A stretch of DNA of 63,992 nucleotides, the filler included, from Craspedostauros australis (Eukaryota), in the NCBI GenBank assembly GCA_030167865.1. It is 11 parts of 11 records of this genome, joined end to end, with 100 filler letters (N's around TTAATTAATTAA, not from the genome) between each part and the next. Parts side by side here need not be neighbours in the genome. Positions count along the whole stretch, not along the records: positions 59,570 to 62,697 come from JALAGF010006016.1; positions 62,798 to 63,992 come from JALAGF010006098.1; 9 more parts are not named here. One strand, 5' to 3'. The notes below the pieces were generated by a model. It was not told where the DNA came from and did no database searches. It saw only the letters and a program-made list of their open reading frames with translations. The translations under genes and the position numbers were made by a program. This document shows positions 59,570-63,992 of this stretch, in pieces. Each line of letters opens with the position of its first letter. Position 1 is the stretch's first letter.

Positions 59570-61014
59570 AGGAAACGACTCCATGATTTCGAAGAGATCC
59601 TCTTCGAGTCCATCCTCGAGTTCGATCTCATCAAGATCGTCGATCTCAATGAAATCACCGTCTGCGATGACGAGTGCCATATCGTCCATCGCGTCGTCGC
59701 CATCCATCGCCATATTGGCGCTCTCGGCTTCCTTCATTGCTGCCTTCAGCTTGAAGCATTGGATGATCTTGTGCCCTGCCTTTCCACAGTAGTTGCACTT
59801 NNNNNNNNNNNNNNNNNNNNNNNNNNNNNNNNNNNNNNNNNNNNNNNNGCCCTTCTTCTTGGACCCACCGCCTTTCTTGTTGTTGCCTCCCTTGGCTGGC
59901 GCACGACAGTCCGCCTTCTTGTGCCCGTAGGCACCGCAGTTGTGACAGTTTCCCTTGAACTGTCCAGCTCCGAACAGAGCGAGCTCCTCGTTGCTGCTGT
60001 TGCCCGCGCGCTTATAACCATATTTGAGATGGTGGCGGTCGTAGGTAAGGCTCACAGCTTCGCGGATGTCGCCCACGGTCATCTCTCGTTCCTTTCCGTG
60101 GAACTTGAGTTCGAGCAGCTTCACGTCCATCTCGTACTCGCGGCAGAGTGCGTTGAGCACGAGCATGTTGAACTGCTCCGCATCGATGATCACCTCCTGG
60201 TCGATCAGTCGGTTGCGAAGGACCTCCATGTCCGTCAAGAAGAGATCCGCATTCTCTCCCTTCTTCAATCGCATCGCATTGAGCTCCGCCAGCAACTTTG
60301 CCTTCATAGGCGCAGTGCGCTGCTCGTAGATGCGTCCGAGGGCCACCCAAGCTGCGTGAGGATCTCCTCCTCCATTCAGCATGCCCTCGCATCCCCACAC
60401 CGCCTCGAAGGCGATNNNNNNNNNNNNNNNNNNNNNNNNNNNNNNNNNNNNNNNNNNNNNNNNNNTCGGTTGCGAAGGACCTCCATGTCCGTCAAGAAGA
60501 GATCCGGATTCTCTCCCTTCTTCAATCGCATCGCATTGAGCTCCGCCAGCAACTTTGCCTTCATAGGCGCAGTGCGCTGCTCNNNNNNNNNNNNNNNNNN
60601 NNNNNNNNNNNNNNNNNNNNNNNNNNNNNNNNNNNNNNNNNNNNNNNNNNNNNNNNNNNNNNNNNNNNNNNNNNNNNNNNNNNNNNNNNNNNNNNNNNNN
60701 NNNNNNNNNNNNNNNNNNNNNNNNNNNNTTGCCATTGCTGCCTTGTACTCCGCTAGATCCGCAGCGCTTGGTTTGGTACCAGACTTGGTACTCGCCTTGA
60801 GTTTGGCGCCTGGATCAGGCTTGATCGTTGCGACCAGGGACTCGGCTGCGGCGGAGAGAGCAGTCACCTTCACATCGGAGTAGGGCTTCAAGAGCATGTC
60901 GCGGTAACCACGACGGTTAGCGCGACAGAGGAACTTGGCGTGCCAGAACTTCCAGTTCTCCTTTTTACCGTCNAAGTAGACGATCTTGTCNGACTTGGTC
61001 TNGTAGGTACTCAT
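59570..61014 (-). CDS. gag: Copia gag (gapped)
   Basis: DGKKENWKFWHAKF, CHNCGAYGHKKADC, CNYCGKAGHKIIQC. ATG at 61014. Confidence 0.85.
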
Positions 61015-61092
61015 GATGATGATGATGAAGGTGGATGATGGCTTGTTGGTGCGGGGTGAAACGTAGGATTTCAATCGTAACGTTTCGAAACG

Positions 61093-61381
61093 TGTTGGAA
61101 ATCCGGGGTGGTATGATAGTAGAGAACTAATCGTTTGTTAGAATCTACTTCTCTGAACTGTGTGCTCTTCATTGCTCTGAATTGCAAAGTCCAATCTCCT
61201 CCTAAGATTGCCATGGGTCCCTCTGTTGGTCTAGCAGGCATCCATCTTGCATTCATCGCAAATTCACCATGGACATGCATACACCACCGAGTACCCCATG
61301 TTCGTGCACATTAGCACGTTGTCCTCCGCTGATAGTTTCGATGCCTTAGACATCACCGAGTCGTAGGCATGACACAGATCG
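61093..61381 (-). repeat. 5' LTR (partial) of the minus-strand copia element
   Basis: Apparently identical to 61886-62174 and lies directly upstream of gag. Confidence 0.88.
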
Positions 61382-61431
61382 NNNNNNNNNNNNNNNNNNN
61401 NNNNNNNNNNNNNNNNNNNNNNNNNNNNNNN

Positions 61432-61885
61432 CACCTACGACGCACGTCACATCAAGCAAGGAAGCAACCGCCGCGAGAGCGACACCAAAGAGGAAATGGC
61501 TCTCGCTGCCACGGGTGACTTCAAAGGGTACTGCCGTAACTGCGGTGCCTACGGGCACAAGAAGGCGGACTGCCGCTCTCCCCCAAAGAACAAAAACAAC
61601 AAGGCCTTGAAGAAGAACAACAAGAGAGGTGACACNNNNNNNNNNNNNNNNNNNNNNNNNNNNNNNNNNNNNNNNNNNNNNNNNNNNNNNNNNNNNNNNN
61701 NNNNNNNNNNNNNNNNNNNNNNNNNNNNAGAAGCCGAGGCCGCAAACGTGGCGACCGACGGCATGGAGGAAGAGACAGACGTCGCCCTCGTGATGGTCGA
61801 AGAACACATGTGGCGGACTACCGAGGACGATGTGGCTGGCTACGACTCCTTCGTTGAAGTTGACGAAGAGATGTGGTTACCTACC
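61432..61885 (+). mobile_element. Copia gag fragment cut by an LTR
   Basis: FKGYCRNCGAYGHKKADC. The frame runs into the LTR at 61886. Confidence 0.8.
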
Positions 61886-62475
61886 TGTTGGAAATCCGGG
61901 GTGGTATGATAGTAGAGAACTAATCGTTTGTTAGAATCTACTTCTCTGAACTGTGTGCTCTTCATTGCTCTGAATTGCAAAGTCCAATCTCCTCCTAAGA
62001 TTGCCATGGGTCCCTCTGTTGGTCTAGCAGGCATCCATCTTGCATTCATCGCAAATTCACCATGGACATGCATACACCACCGAGTACCCCATGTTCGTGC
62101 ACATTAGCACGTTGTCCTCCGCTGATAGTTTCGATGCCTTAGACATCACCGAGTCGTAGGCATGACACAGATCGGCTCATTCGATCAGATCACGATCTCC
62201 CATGCGTTGCGGGAACGCATTGGTCGGGAGCTCGTTCAGCTCCTTGATCATCAGACATCTCCGATCATCTCCGATCAACTCCGGTCGACTCCGATCGTTT
62301 CTGATTGTTTCTTCGCCGATCACTTCACCGGCTTCCTGGANNNNNNNNNNNNNNNNNNNNNNNNNNNNNNNNNNNNNNNNNNNNNNNNNNNNNCTTCCTC
62401 CAGTACTCTTTTCTCATTGGTTGCGACATGGGGGCCGTAGTCGCTCGTATCGTGATGTTGGTCACGATTCCAACA
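61886..62475 (-). repeat. Complete 3' LTR with upstream polypurine tract
   Basis: Termini TGTTGGAA...TTCCAACA. Minus-strand AGGAGGCGGGGA at 62476-62487 abuts it. Confidence 0.85.
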
Positions 62476-62797
62476 TCCCCGCCTCCTGCGACATACACGT
62501 GTGATTCGCATTCCTGCATTGGAGTCATGAACGTCAAGGCATGGTTCGCATTCGGCACGTGGCGTTCTCCACCGCAAGTAACGTGCAGCTCACATTTTTC
62601 TGTGTCACAATGGTCAAACGTGGGAGTTGCGGTAATGTAGAATATCCCGACGTTCGGCTCCTTACTCTTGGGAGGTGCGGCAATATGGTGTTTCAGANNN
62701 NNNNNNNNNNNNNNNNNNNNNNNNNNNNNNNNNNNNNNNNNTTAATTAATTAANNNNNNNNNNNNNNNNNNNNNNNNNNNNNNNNNNNNNNNNNNNN

Positions 62798-63992
62798 TCG
62801 AATGATCGAAGAGTCGTCCCGCAATGGAGGGAGCACCGCAGGATGGTGCCCGCTGTGTTTTCAGCGCGGCCCTCTCTACGCAATGTGCAAGACCTGCCGT
62901 AACTCGCCGTTCCTCATTCAACTGGCAAACCCCCCTGCAAGAGCGGTGCCAACAACGATCCAAGACATCATGACGCGCCGCCAGAAGCTCTGGACTGCAG
63001 GACCTCTGCATGTCGCAATGAGATACTCTCTCAGCAACATGATGGTTGCTGATGAAGTNNNNNNNNNNNNNNNNNNNNNNNNNNNNNNNNNNNNNNNNNN
63101 NNNNACCGAAGGAGGAGGAGAAAGCCTGAACCCTCGCACGCTCTACTACATGATGCACCGCATCGATGTGTTCACGCCAATGCAATTGGTGCAAGCCGTG
63201 CAACACATCAACGCAAGACTTGAAGAACTCAACCTGCCACCCATCCACAGAGGGCTCATCGACAGCCTGGTTCAGCATGCCGCAGAGATGCTGATGTGGA
63301 TGCATCATCCANNNNNNNNNNNNNNNNNNNNNNNNNNNNNNNNNNNNNNNNNNNNNNNNNNCCTGGTTCAGCATGCCGCAGAGATGCTGATGTGGATGCA
63401 TCATCCAAGTGACCAAGGAGTCCGAGACCCAGAGGAGTTCAACCAACTCCCCATCTACCGAGTGGCTGATGCTCAACCAGACATGGCCATGGTGATCGGT
63501 GACCACCAAGACGCTCAACCAGACATGGCCATGGTGATCAGTGACCTCGACGATGCAAGCGCACTCCGCCACACCATCGCCCCCGACCACCACGAAGCAA
63601 ACACGTGGCTGGGTGACTCCGGTGCCTCATGCCACCTCACCAATAGCGAAGAGGGAATGATTAACGTNNNNNNNNNNNNNNNNNNNNNNNNNNNNNNNNN
63701 NNNNNNNNNNNNNNNNNNNNNNNNNNNNNNNNNNNNNNNNNNNNNNGTGATGCAGAAGAACGGGAACCAAGCTACCATCGTGCTCAAGCAAGTGAAGTTC
63801 GTGCCCAACCTGTGGGTGAACCTCTTGAGCATCAACAAGGCTCTCGAGAACGGCTTCGACATCAGTAACCAAGGTGTTGTGATGAGCTTGGAGAAGCGCG
63901 GGCAACGTATCACGTTCGACAGACTCATGGCAACCCATAGCGGTTTCGTGAGTGGAGTGAACATGATCAGCGCCCCTCCCCACAAAGACCAA
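62798..63992 (+). mobile_element. Degenerate copia fragment: extra domain and protease
   Basis: TWLGDSGASCHLTNS, VKFVPNLWVNLLSINKAL, GFVSGV. Confidence 0.85.

Noticed and set aside
61093..62475. Mini-element of two LTRs enclosing an inverted gag
   Set aside because: The PPT and gag lie outside the LTR pair and a gap separates the parts; nesting or mis-scaffolding is more likely.

Overview
Eukaryotic DNA, most consistent with a pennate diatom (inferred from CoDi-type copia elements, a spliced cyclase-phosphodiesterase gene and RxL/KxxK secreted proteins). The window is not contiguous: it is 11 scaffolds joined by artificial 100-nt N44-TTAATTAATTAA-N44 spacers. One gene-rich scaffold (2102-24556) carries an MFS transporter, two related mucin-like Cys-repeat secreted proteins, a peroxiredoxin-like pseudogene, a BtuF-like/DUF5522/Dph6-like three-domain fusion, a sulfotransferase and an ankyrin-BTB pseudogene hit by a probable gypsy element. 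Scaffold 43736-51598 holds a decayed non-LTR element and a five-exon cyclase-PDE gene. The rest is nested LTR retrotransposons, three copies of a TIR element and a piggyBac-like fragment, many showing CpG-type decay. Best leads: (1) the possible corrinoid-binding/amidation fusion protein; (2) a -1 frameshift signal between gag and pol of a copia element; (3) an unexplained domain between gag and protease in four copia copies; (4) a hairpin in place of a tRNA primer site. All domain calls are by eye, with no database search.
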